A DNA stretch of 64,000 bases from Candidatus Poribacteria bacterium (lineage in GTDB: Bacteria > Poribacteria > WGA-4E > WGA-3G). The notes below the pieces were generated by a model. The model saw only the letters and a list, made by a program, of their open reading frames with translations, ran no database searches and was not told the DNA's origin. The stretch lies in contig OZ242381.1 in assembly GCA_965209095.1 (NCBI GenBank), positions 4,126,630 to 4,190,629 on the forward strand, in the 5' to 3' direction. Shown in pieces: positions 37,240 to 47,146 of the stretch (the stretch's first letter is position 1; the number at the start of each line of letters is the position of its first letter). The position numbers and the translations under genes are program-made.

Positions 37240-39375
37240 TTATCTCCTTGGTTGTAGATTAGGATTGTCCAATTTCCAAAGTAGAATAGTACTGCCAACA
37301 CTTGCAATAGTTTTTTCATCTTTAGAAACTATAAATGTATCAATATAATCTGGTTGTGCGTCAAGGGTCAATTTTGGTTCCCACGTTTCTGTGTTCAAAA
37401 ACTCGATCATGTTTCCACTTATACTTACTAATGTATTTCTATCTGGGTAAAATGAAACTGGTTGATACCCAAATAGTGTTTTCTTATACGCTCCAGTCTT
37501 TGTATCCCATAACAGAGTATGTCCAAAATAACTTGTGGTTGCTACGGTTTCACCATCAGGAAAAAAGACTATTGAACTGACACTTTCTGTATGCCCTATA
37601 AGTGTAGCAATGAGTTCAAAAGTCTCTGTATTCCATAATCGTACTGTTTCGTCAAGACTTGCACTTGCTAAAATACTTTTATCGGGTGAGAAGACAATAA
37701 AATCCACACCACCAGTATGTCCTTTCAGCGTTGTTATATGTTCACCAGTATTGACATTCCATATTGGAATACGACCACCTCCCAGACCTATCAACATTTG
37801 ACTATCTGAAAAAAATTCAACGGAATTAACGTTGTAGTCCTTGATATCCATTGTCAATTTATGATCAGCTGTGCCTACATTCCAGAGTTCAAGTGTGGGT
37901 TCAGAACTTGTAGCACGACTGACTAAAGTTTTGCCATCAGGCGAAAAATGTAGTAACTGTAATCTACCTTTCTTACCTGTAGAAATTATCCTTTCTCCTT
38001 CACCCGTTTTTGTGTTCCACAATTGTATAATTGGAGGATCATTCCAATTATTTACCCTATTAATTCCAATTGCTACCATAATTCCATCTGAAGATATTGA
38101 AGCAACATCACCTGAATAGGTTCTAATTAGCTTTTGCGTATTTATATCCCAGATCTGTATATGGTTCAGATACCAACAGGCAATTGCATTTCCATCGTGA
38201 ATGATCATTGCATTAGATTGTACTGAGATATGTTTTTCATTGATTGGCGTATGTTCTCCTGTAGTAATATCCCATAGTCCCAGATCATTCGCGAGTTTTT
38301 TGCCGTCAGGTGAAAACACTAATGTGTTGTTTTCTGATTTGATATCAAGGAGCGTTTTTTCAATTTCTCTTGTATTCATATCCCATATATTGATTTTGTC
38401 TTGTTCGTAGCTTGCATATTTTTTCCAATTTGGAGAGATAAATATGCGTCCTTTATGTTCCCATGTAGGATTGCCGGTCCTAACATCCCACAATTTGGAG
38501 TTATTTTTGTGTATTGTTACTATCGTCCTATTGTCTGGAGAAAAAGCAATGAAATTGGTGTCATATAGACCAACATTAAATTTCTCTTTGAATGTTCTGA
38601 TATTTTTACCAGATTTCGTGTCCCATAACCGGAGCGTTCCATCATAGGTAAGACTAACGAGCATACGGTTATCTCGTGAAAAAGCAACAGAATAGACTAC
38701 GTCTTTATAGTTGAGAGGCTTTGATGGCATATTGAGTTTGTGAATCTGTTGACCGGTTTCTGCATTCCATATTCGAGATGTACCATCATCACTACCACTT
38801 GCCAACATACTATTGTCTGGTGAGAAGGAAATCGCTGTTACATCACTTGTATGTCCTTTAATGTTATTCATGTTCTCACCAGTGTTTGTATTCCACAATT
38901 TAATAGTCCTATCCTTGCTTGCAGTTGCAATTGTATTGCCATCAGATGCATACACAATACTCGTAATATCTTTTGTATGACCTTTTAGTGTTGTTCTGAG
39001 ATTTGCTTGGATTGGGTCATAAGATATATCCCATAATTCAACAGCCTTATCCGATGGATCATTAGCAGCAAACATCGTTCCATCAGGTGAAAAGACAATG
39101 TTTGACACATTTATAGGCAGTAGCCTAATTTCTTTGTATGTCGTTGCGTCATAAATCCATAAACCTATCGTACTTGGTATTATTATCTTTGTGCTATCTG
39201 GAGAAAAAACAATTTTATCTGTGATGTAGCCCTTTCCAATGCGTGCAATTGCACCTTCAGGTAATTCCCATTTTGAATATTCTTGGGTAAAACCGATTGA
39301 GAGTATTTGCATCATTGAGAGGATGATTGTGATAAAGTATTTCATGGATTTTAATTTACCTAATACAAAATTCAA
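37240..39375 (-). CDS. Secreted WD40-repeat beta-propeller protein (711 aa) with signal peptide.
   Basis: The N-terminal signal is MKYFITIILSMMQILS. Numerous WD40 units are present (GHT..V.S..FSPD...LAS.S.D.T.RLWN). Confidence 0.8.
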   Translation of the reverse strand: MNFVLGKLKSMKYFITIILSMMQILSIGFTQEYSKWELPEGAIARIGKGYITDKIVFSPDSTKIIIPSTIGLWIYDATTYKEIRLLPINVSNIVFSPDGTMFAANDPSDKAVELWDISYDPIQANLRTTLKGHTKDITSIVYASDGNTIATASKDRTIKLWNTNTGENMNNIKGHTSDVTAISFSPDNSMLASGSDDGTSRIWNAETGQQIHKLNMPSKPLNYKDVVYSVAFSRDNRMLVSLTYDGTLRLWDTKSGKNIRTFKEKFNVGLYDTNFIAFSPDNRTIVTIHKNNSKLWDVRTGNPTWEHKGRIFISPNWKKYASYEQDKINIWDMNTREIEKTLLDIKSENNTLVFSPDGKKLANDLGLWDITTGEHTPINEKHISVQSNAMIIHDGNAIACWYLNHIQIWDINTQKLIRTYSGDVASISSDGIMVAIGINRVNNWNDPPIIQLWNTKTGEGERIISTGKKGRLQLLHFSPDGKTLVSRATSSEPTLELWNVGTADHKLTMDIKDYNVNSVEFFSDSQMLIGLGGGRIPIWNVNTGEHITTLKGHTGGVDFIVFSPDKSILASASLDETVRLWNTETFELIATLIGHTESVSSIVFFPDGETVATTSYFGHTLLWDTKTGAYKKTLFGYQPVSFYPDRNTLVSISGNMIEFLNTETWEPKLTLDAQPDYIDTFIVSKDEKTIASVGSTILLWKLDNPNLQPRR

Positions 39376-39533
39376 TTAATGATTTACCTTTGAGATGAAA
39401 TGTAAAATGCGTAATGAATTGTCAAAAATAACACTACAAGTTGACACAGTTTGTTGTTTTCTGATAATCTGTTAAACATAATGCTTCACCTTTACTAACT
39501 CATAGACAAATTATATTCAAGGAGTTTCAATTT

Positions 39534-40547
39534 ATGAAAATTACAGATATTGAATACCGAACCGTTTCAATCCCATTTATACCTGCCATTGAGGAACATT
39601 CAGGTATGGTGTATCCGACTACATTAGTTTGGGTGCACACCGATGAAGGAATTACAGGTTTAGGTGAAAGTAATGCTGTTCATAGCGATATTACAGAACA
39701 AGCAGAACAGATTGCTGAAAGATACGTTGGCAAGAACTTCTGGGAATTTGATATTGCCGATGAAGGCTTCACATTCCAATCAGCGTTTTACGATATTGCC
39801 GGACAAGCATTAGGTGTACCTGCACATAAGTTAATGGGTCGTCTACATCGTGAAAGTGTTGAACTTGCCTATTGGTCACCTCCGATGCCACCTGAAGCTA
39901 CTGCTGCAGAGGCGGAACGTGCTGCGAACTTAGGTTTCCGTGTTCATAAACTCAAAGCGCGAAAAGCAACTATTGTTGAAACTGCAAGGTTAATTAAAGA
40001 AGCATGTGGACCTGATTTTGGAATACGCGTTGACCCAAACACAGAATTTGGTGATCTGGAAACAGGTATCCGTTTAGCAGATGAACTGATTCCTTATAAC
40101 ATTGAAGTCTATGAAGACCCTATTCAATTTGAAGATCTATCGTGGTATGCTGAACTTAGGAAACGGACTGATGTACCAGTTGCCAGACATATTGGTGGTC
40201 TTCAAGAGATACTGCGTAACATCCAGGCTGATGCCGTTGATGCGATAAACACACAAGGAAATTTATCTGGTTTACGCAAAAGTGCTGCGATAGCAGAAGC
40301 TGCGGAAATACCAATTTGGGTACAATGCTTTGCATTCGGTTGTTGCGTTGCTTCCACTTTCGCTGCCCATATTGTTTCTACTATCCCCAATTGTTCCATG
40401 CCGATTGATGAACTGCCTCATATTCGTGTTGATGATCTGTCTGGTGGTAGTATGAACCTAAAGAACGGTGCAATACACTTGTCGGATGAACCGGGTTTAG
40501 GACTTCAATTGGATATGGATGCCGTTGAACGTTATAGGATAAAATAG
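39534..40547 (+). CDS. Enolase-superfamily enzyme (mandelate racemase / muconate lactonizing enzyme family).
   Basis: The N-terminal capping domain reads MKITDIEYRTVSIPF...GITGLGES. Barrel-domain metal-ligand spacing is consistent with the family (DPN..F, YEDP). RBS AAGGAG is upstream. Confidence 0.7.
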   Translation: MKITDIEYRTVSIPFIPAIEEHSGMVYPTTLVWVHTDEGITGLGESNAVHSDITEQAEQIAERYVGKNFWEFDIADEGFTFQSAFYDIAGQALGVPAHKLMGRLHRESVELAYWSPPMPPEATAAEAERAANLGFRVHKLKARKATIVETARLIKEACGPDFGIRVDPNTEFGDLETGIRLADELIPYNIEVYEDPIQFEDLSWYAELRKRTDVPVARHIGGLQEILRNIQADAVDAINTQGNLSGLRKSAAIAEAAEIPIWVQCFAFGCCVASTFAAHIVSTIPNCSMPIDELPHIRVDDLSGGSMNLKNGAIHLSDEPGLGLQLDMDAVERYRIK

Positions 40548-40601
40548 TATGCACTCTAAAAGTGTCTGTAATTTTATCTTTGTTTTGTAAGCCAAGAATG
40601 T

Positions 40602-40913
40602 CTATTGCTTTGATTTCAAAGTTCCCCATAAAACTGTCAACTTTTCTACAGGGTCAACTTTATACACAAACCTTGACTTATAGTTTTGCTTAATTTCATT
40701 CTCAGTAAGTGCCCGGTCGTAAATCCTAACTTCATCAATTAATCCTCTGTAAAAGCGTTCTGCATTTCCTTGATTGTTTGCTGCTCCAAGAAATATAGGT
40801 TCCGAAAATGGAAGAAAAACAAGAGAATCAGCACCTCTTCCACTTGAACTTCGTTTTTCACCATCAATATGTATACGAATCTCGTGCATTTCTACATCCA
40901 ATCGTCCTGCCAT
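40602..40913 (-). pseudogene. C-terminal fragment of a LamG/concanavalin-like (Laminin_G_3) domain protein, truncated at its 5' end by the adjacent MITE.
   Basis: FRGLIDEVRIYDRALTENEI is the characteristic terminal LamG_3 block. Only about 100 aa remain, and the ORF start abuts the family-2 MITE terminus at 40943. Confidence 0.5.
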
Positions 40914-40942
40914 GAATTTCCTTATGATTATTTCATTAACAT

Positions 40943-41237
40943 AACCTAAGTTGCTACCTATAAGATTTTAGACACACAGACACTATTTTTAATAGATAAC
41001 AGTTCGTTATTGGTGAATATTGTAGCGTCCACTTTCAGTTTGCGGACTAATATGCACAAACTAGTAGTCTGTCCAGTCTAAAATTGTAAGTATCAGCAAT
41101 AGTCGGGAATCGGAGTTCCCTCCTACAAAGAGCAGGCGGTATTGGTAGGAGCGATCTCCGAATCGCGACCTTTACATGCAAAATTTCGGTAGACAGTCCA
41201 CTAGAAAGTTTGTGCTACATAGGTGGCAACTTAGGTT
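40943..41237. repeat. Family-2 MITE-like element (295 bp).
   Basis: Ends AACCTAAGTTGCTACCTATAAG and (reverse-complemented) AACCTAAGTTGCCACCTATGTAGCACAA. Related copies lie at 54018..54160 and 25983..26015. Confidence 0.65.
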
Positions 41238-41990
41238 AACATATACAATATGATGCCATTTACCAAAGGATGCTCCCGATGCTGCTATTAGGTTTCGTGT
41301 TCTTTTAGTTTTATGAATACGCGCATTATCCATTATGACGAGATGGTTTTCTCCGAGTTGTGGACATACTTGACTTTCAAGCCATGCATTGAAACACGCC
41401 GCATTACAACTCCCTTTCAAATAGAGTAGGTGTTGTAAATGCTTGATCAATACGGGCAGCTAATAAAGTTGTTGTACGGGTTCTTTGACTTGATATGAGG
41501 TCAAAAACAGGTTCCCCTTTTGGGGCATACCCAAAACGCCTAAAACTTTCTGATCGAAACCCGCTTTCATCAATAAAAACTAATGTTTTTCCGCTGCGAG
41601 TTGTTCACAATAGGTTTTCGCTGTTGATCACATCGCTCCTTATAACCGAATGTCTTTTTTTCTCGAGATGCCGAGTTTCCGCAGCCCATACCAGATACAA
41701 TAGGGTGAGACACCGAAATGTGCAGCACGTTCAACGTTAGTTTGATCAGGAAAATCTTGGACATGTTGTTTGAGTGCGCTATAGTCAATACACCTGGGAC
41801 CTCGGGGTCCCGTCTTTTGCGGGGTAAGTGGGTCTGGTGCTTTTAGCCATTTGTAGATAATATCCCGCGAGATATTATACCGCTTTGCAGCTTCTACTTT
41901 GCTACCGCCACCTTCTACAAAATCAAGGACACGCTTACGTAAATCTTTCGAATATGACATAATGCCAGATATTATATCATAAATATAAAA
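41172..41990 (-). mobile_element. Degraded IS630/Tc1-mariner family transposase gene. It is frameshifted near 41600-41650 and 3'-truncated by the family-2 MITE.
   Basis: N-terminal HTH ORF (MSYSKDLRKRVLDFVEGGGS...), the first-Asp block KTLVFIDESGF in another frame, and VIMDNARIHK matching the second-Asp block of IS630 transposases. The usual C-terminal PPYSPDLNPIE block is missing. Confidence 0.6.
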
Positions 41991-42013
41991 AAATGTATAA
42001 TTATTTATATTCT

Positions 42014-42400
42014 TTACCATAGTATCTGCAGCACATCATCTAAATCAACAGACATATCGTTGACATTTGTGTCTTGTTCTCCTTGCGTTGTTGTCTGGGT
42101 AAAAGCAAGTTGTGTAAGACTGGTAGCGACAAAACTGAGTTGTGCGAAACGATTCAATCCCTGACGATTTCGGAGTTGATAGGTATCAAAACCGAAGTTC
42201 TGTTTGGCATCCCGTAAAGCAGTTTCAATCTGCCACCGATTTCTATAGTGTTGGATCAACGCCTCTTTGGGACGCTCTAAATCAGAGGTAAATAAACGAA
42301 AATACTGATATGTTTTAGAGCTTTTCTGCCGAGTGCGTCCGACAATGATTGAAATTGTTATACTTGAAGAGACTTCTATATTCTGATAACATGCTTTCAA
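42014..42400 (-). pseudogene. C-terminal fragment of a DDE transposase (IS4/IS701-like, YRNRWQIETALRDAKQ block). The N-terminal part is absent.
   Basis: 128-aa ORF. The R-W-x-I-E motif is typical of the third catalytic residue region in IS4-type transposases. No upstream continuation is present in the window. Confidence 0.45.
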
Positions 42401-42666
42401 AGCGGAGAAGAGGATTCATTGAAAACTTCCTTTCAAAAAAGGTATATTATATTGAAAGGATACCCTCTTTTCTGCTTTTTGTCACTCAAAAAAAAATAAA
42501 ACTGTCCAAACTATAGTTATCTTAGACAGTGGTCTAAATTTCCAATGGCAGTACAACCTGTTCACTTTATTCTAAATTTTCTACCAAAATCTCAAATTGT
42601 ATGCTAAACTAAAACCGTAATTAAAAGACTGATTTCATCTGAGAAATACGAATAAGACATAGTAAT

Positions 42667-44295
42667 TTGAGGAAATACTGGGACATGATTGGCACAATGA
42701 TGAATAATCCTTTATCAATTTCGCTAATAATTGAACACGCTAATAGTATACACGGTGATAAGTATGTGTATACTCTTTTGCCAAATGGAAAGAGAAATGA
42801 CTTTGCCTATTCAACCCTTTACAGCCGTATAATGAAATTAGCAAATGCTATCTCAAATTTGGGCATACAACAAGGGGAGATTGTGGGTGCTTTTGCTACC
42901 AATTCATACCAACATTTGGAACTTTGCTTTGCCGTTCCAGTTATAGGTTCAATTATCCATCCACTAAACATTAGACTTTCACCTGTGCAACTTGCTAAGA
43001 TTATCAGAGAAGCAGATGACAAAATCATCTTTGTTGATGAAATGGTTTATGACAAATTCGCTCACTTAATTAGTGAAATTGAAAGTCTACAATCTATAGT
43101 CTACAACTCTCAGAAATGCATGAATGAATCAACATGTCAATATGAAATGTTGTTATCTAATGCAAGTAACAAATACAAATCAGAAATCATTGACGAAAAT
43201 ATGGCAATGGCATTATGTTATACAAGTGGTACGAATGGTGAACCAAAGGGTGTTCTCTATACACATCGTTCCATGCTTTTACATACTTTAGTAGTCAATC
43301 AAACTGATGTGTTTGGTCTAACAGAAGCAGATGTTGTGATGCCGCTTGTGCCAATGTATCACGCAATGGGATGGGGACTACACTTCGCAGCTATATTTGT
43401 CGGTGCGGATCTCGTGTTAACCGATCCGAACAATAAACATATAATTGATCTCATCGCAGAAACCAAAGTTACCGTTTCAGCAGGAGTGCCAACTGTTTGG
43501 AAAAAACTATTGCCTGATTTTCTCAAAAGAAAAAACGATGTTTCTTCACTACAACGAATAATAGTCGGCGGAGAACCGATGCCAGAACAACTCGTTGAGG
43601 TGTATGAAAAAGAACTGGATATAGAAGTCCGACATGCATGGGGAATGACGGAAATGTCTCCAACTGGGACATTTTCTATGCTTAGAAAGAAACATCATAA
43701 ACTATCTGATAAAGAAAGATACAAAATAAAGGCATTACAAGGTCAACCAATTCCCGGCGTTCAGTTACGGGTCGTTGATGAAAATCAGCGTATACTATCT
43801 AATGATGGAATTTCTGTAGGAGAAGTGCAAGTCAAGAGTCCTTGGACAGCATGTAGTTACTTCAACAACGGATTAGACAACGATAGTTTTACTGAGGATG
43901 GTTGGTTACGCACGGGGGATCTTGCAACAATCAATGAAGAAGGTTACATGAAGATTGTTGACCGATCTAAAGCACTTATCAAAAGTGGTGGCGAGGCCAT
44001 TTCTCCTATGGCATTAGAAGCAGCACTACTAAATCATCCACTTGTTATTGATAGTGTAGTTATCGGTGTTTCTGATGACAAATGGGGTGAAAGACCGTTG
44101 GCAATCGTTGTGTTATCAGAACAGAACGGTGGAGATATATCAGAAGCACTGAAGGAACATCTTTCTACAGATTTCCCAAAATTTTGGATACCAGATAGGT
44201 TTATTGTTGTCGATGAAATTCCAAGAACTGGCGTGGGTAAAACAGATAAACAAACAATAGGACGGCTGTTACATATTAACGAAAGTTTGATATAA
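42667..44295 (+). CDS. AMP-dependent acyl-CoA synthetase/ligase (long-chain fatty-acid-CoA ligase-like).
   Basis: AMP-binding motif YTSGTNGEPKGV, GWGL/TE blocks and a C-terminal GVGKTDK-like lysine region. The start may be the Met at 42685, which has GAGGAA 10 nt upstream. Confidence 0.8.
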   Translation: MRKYWDMIGTMMNNPLSISLIIEHANSIHGDKYVYTLLPNGKRNDFAYSTLYSRIMKLANAISNLGIQQGEIVGAFATNSYQHLELCFAVPVIGSIIHPLNIRLSPVQLAKIIREADDKIIFVDEMVYDKFAHLISEIESLQSIVYNSQKCMNESTCQYEMLLSNASNKYKSEIIDENMAMALCYTSGTNGEPKGVLYTHRSMLLHTLVVNQTDVFGLTEADVVMPLVPMYHAMGWGLHFAAIFVGADLVLTDPNNKHIIDLIAETKVTVSAGVPTVWKKLLPDFLKRKNDVSSLQRIIVGGEPMPEQLVEVYEKELDIEVRHAWGMTEMSPTGTFSMLRKKHHKLSDKERYKIKALQGQPIPGVQLRVVDENQRILSNDGISVGEVQVKSPWTACSYFNNGLDNDSFTEDGWLRTGDLATINEEGYMKIVDRSKALIKSGGEAISPMALEAALLNHPLVIDSVVIGVSDDKWGERPLAIVVLSEQNGGDISEALKEHLSTDFPKFWIPDRFIVVDEIPRTGVGKTDKQTIGRLLHINESLI

Positions 44296-44373
44296 GAAAA
44301 ATGGTCAAATTACTATGGCTGAATCTCCTACAATAGCAGTAGGAATGGTTTTGCAGTTATTTGAGGTAAAAAA

Positions 44374-45108
44374 ATGACAGACAATGATTATAAATTGAGC
44401 TTAAAAGAAGCGAATCAATTTCGAAAACAGGGGTACCTTGGTCCTTATACACTCTGTAGTCCAGAAGAAATGCTAAAACATCAACCGGAAATTGAGCATA
44501 TTCTTGAAACTGATGCACCTGATCATAAGAATAGGGTCCATAACCGTCATCTTGACTATCCGTTGATATATGACCTTGCTACACATCCATCCATCGTTGA
44601 TCGTATGTCATCTCTTTATGGACCCGATCTTTTGCTATGGCGGACAAATTTCTTCGTAAAAGAACCAGGTGCAAAAGAAATACCTTGGCATCAGGATTTC
44701 AACTATTGGCCTCTTGAACCCCCAATTATTATATCAGCATGGATAGCAATTGATTCTGCTACTTTGGAAAATAGTTGTCTCCAAATTGTGCCTGGATCGC
44801 ATCGCAAAGTAATTCCTCATGTAAAAGCAACATCAGAAATGGCATTTGGACAGATGGGTGATCTTAACTATATTGACGCAAATAATTATGTCAATCTTGA
44901 AATGCAACCAGGTGAATTTGTTCTTTTCAATGAACGTACACTTCACCACTCTGAAGCAAACCGTTCAGAGAAAAGACGAATTGGATTGGCTGTGCGTGTC
45001 ATCGTACCAATTGTAAAAGTCTTTGATTGGGATTCTCCGAAACACGAGTTGATAGTAATTAGTGGAAAAGATACAGTACAATTCAATAAAAGGAGTTATA
45101 ATGAATAG
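44374..45108 (+). CDS. Phytanoyl-CoA dioxygenase (PhyH) family Fe(II)/2-OG oxygenase.
   Basis: PWHQDFNYW (the HxD of the facial triad) with a downstream His in LHHSEAN. Translationally coupled to the next gene through the ATGAATAG overlap. Confidence 0.7.
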   Translation: MTDNDYKLSLKEANQFRKQGYLGPYTLCSPEEMLKHQPEIEHILETDAPDHKNRVHNRHLDYPLIYDLATHPSIVDRMSSLYGPDLLLWRTNFFVKEPGAKEIPWHQDFNYWPLEPPIIISAWIAIDSATLENSCLQIVPGSHRKVIPHVKATSEMAFGQMGDLNYIDANNYVNLEMQPGEFVLFNERTLHHSEANRSEKRRIGLAVRVIVPIVKVFDWDSPKHELIVISGKDTVQFNKRSYNE

Positions 45109-46111
45109 ACAAATAACATTAGCTGCACGTCCTGTTGGATATCCAAAAGAATCAGATTTCAAACTTGTAGAAACGCCTATTCCTTCACCGGATGATGGTC
45201 ATGTCTTAGTTAAAACCATCTATCTTTCAGTTGATCCATATATGCGTGGACGAATGAATCAGGTGCGTTCTTATGCTGCAAACGTTGAATTCAATGAAGT
45301 GATGGTAGGTGGTGTTATCGCCCAAGTAGTAGAATCGAAGCATAAAGATTTTCGAGAAGGTGATATAGTCAACGCACATATTGGTTGGCAAGAATATGGT
45401 GTCTCTGGTGGAGATGGATTACGGAAAATAGATCCTTCTATTGCTCCGATTTCAACGGGTATCGGTATACTCGGTATGCCTGGATTGACTGCTTATTTTG
45501 GATTGCTTGAGGTGGGGAATCTTCAAGACGGTGAAACCGTGTTTGTTTCAGGAGCTGCGGGTGCTGTCGGTTCTGTTGTCGGTCAGATTGCAAAAATAAA
45601 AGGTTGTCGTGTTATTGGGTCGGCAGGGACAGATGAAAAGCTTGCTTATGTAACAGATGAACTCGGTTTTGATGAAGCCTTTAATTATAAGAACGTTGAT
45701 GATTATCATACAAAGTTAGCGGAACTCTGTCCTGATGGCATTGATGTATATTTTGATAATGTCGGTGGAAAGATAACTGATGCTGTATTCCCAAATTTAA
45801 GAGTTAAGGGACGGGTTGTTATTTGTGGACAGATATCACAATACAATTTAGAAAGTCCTGAAACTGGTCCGCGTTTCCTTTGGTATATGATTACAAAACG
45901 CGCAAGAATTGAAGGGTTCCTTGTCTCTGATTTTACTGGAAAATATGCGGATGGTCTAACCCAACTTGCGGATTGGCTACAGCAAGGTAAACTGCAATAC
46001 CGGGAAACCATTACTGAAGGTGGGATAGAAAACGCACCTGCAGCATTTATCAGCATGCTCAAAGGTGGAAATATCGGTAAACAACTGGTAAAAATATCTG
46101 ATCCAAGTTAA
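45101..46111 (+). CDS. NADP-dependent medium-chain dehydrogenase/reductase (2-alkenal/enone reductase, YncB/PTGR1-like).
   Basis: Nucleotide-binding motif GAAGAVGSVVGQIAKIKGCRVIGSAG. The N-terminus ARPVGYPKESDF is typical of this subfamily. RBS AAGGAG precedes the ATG at 45101. Confidence 0.8.
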   Translation: MNRQITLAARPVGYPKESDFKLVETPIPSPDDGHVLVKTIYLSVDPYMRGRMNQVRSYAANVEFNEVMVGGVIAQVVESKHKDFREGDIVNAHIGWQEYGVSGGDGLRKIDPSIAPISTGIGILGMPGLTAYFGLLEVGNLQDGETVFVSGAAGAVGSVVGQIAKIKGCRVIGSAGTDEKLAYVTDELGFDEAFNYKNVDDYHTKLAELCPDGIDVYFDNVGGKITDAVFPNLRVKGRVVICGQISQYNLESPETGPRFLWYMITKRARIEGFLVSDFTGKYADGLTQLADWLQQGKLQYRETITEGGIENAPAAFISMLKGGNIGKQLVKISDPS

Positions 46112-46124
46112 TAAAATATATGTT

Positions 46125-47069
46125 CTAATATCCCTTTCGCTTGTCAATTACACTAAGCAAAGGTTTGCCGACAAGGAATCGTTCCAAGTTATCACAGAAG
46201 AGTGATACAGTCCTTTCCATTCGAATCGGTGAACCGCCAGCAACGTGTGGTGTGATAATGACATTTGGCATATCCCACAAAGGATTATCAGCAGGAAGCG
46301 GTTCAACAGGCGTGACATCCAAACCTGCACCACCAATCTGTCCTTCATCTAAAGCACGGATGAGTGCAGGACCATCAACAATCCTACCACGAGTAACGTT
46401 GATTAGTAATGCATGTGACTGCATTTTTTGGAACACTCTATCGTTAAACATACACTCGGTTTCTGGTGTTAATGGTGCACAGATACAAACAATATCGGAT
46501 TGAGATAACAATTCATCAAACTTGTCCATTTTCCATGTTTCATGCACAAATGTTGGTGGTTCAACTGTTTCTGGGTCAACAGCAATGACACGCATTTCAA
46601 ATCCTTGAGCACGTCGGGCAACCTCAATTCCCGTACCACCAAGTCCCACAATACCAAGTGTTCGTTCTCCGAGTTCCCATGTTGCTAATCGGATTGACAT
46701 TTTATTGTCCCAAGTCCGTTCACGTACTGAACGGCCAATACCACGAAGTAACCCTAAAATCAATGCCCATGCCTGATCGGCAAGATGTGTGCCTACATAT
46801 CCTTTTGCACTTGTTAATATCACATCACTATCAACGAATTCTGGAAACAGAATTCCATCTACACCTGCCGCCCACACTTGTACCCATTTCAATTGTGTTG
46901 CTTTTTCAAAAAGTGTGTGATTGAATCCACCGAATACAATATCAGTGTCTACGATTTCATCTAATGCTTCAGTAGAATTCTTTGGTCTAACTATGTTCAA
47001 TGTATCAGAAATTGATTCAATCTGTTGATGTTGTTCTAATGTGATTTCGGAATTTATCATTATTTTCAT
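46125..47069 (-). CDS. D-isomer-specific 2-hydroxyacid dehydrogenase family protein (NAD-binding).
   Basis: GIVGLGGTGIEVARRA Rossmann motif. The catalytic region has the conserved R-(x)n-E-(x)n-H arrangement (VTRGRIVD...HVAGGS). Confidence 0.75.
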   Translation of the reverse strand: MKIMINSEITLEQHQQIESISDTLNIVRPKNSTEALDEIVDTDIVFGGFNHTLFEKATQLKWVQVWAAGVDGILFPEFVDSDVILTSAKGYVGTHLADQAWALILGLLRGIGRSVRERTWDNKMSIRLATWELGERTLGIVGLGGTGIEVARRAQGFEMRVIAVDPETVEPPTFVHETWKMDKFDELLSQSDIVCICAPLTPETECMFNDRVFQKMQSHALLINVTRGRIVDGPALIRALDEGQIGGAGLDVTPVEPLPADNPLWDMPNVIITPHVAGGSPIRMERTVSLFCDNLERFLVGKPLLSVIDKRKGY

Positions 47070-47146
47070 GTTGACATCTGCTCCTTACCGTGTTATTCTA
47101 TCAATGATTTACTTTTAATATAAATCATAGGAGTGAAAATAGTTAT

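Noticed and set aside
41495-41788. Small ORFs 41495..41740(+) and 41570..41788(-)
   Set aside because: These are alternative-frame readings of the degraded IS630 transposase region, not independent genes.
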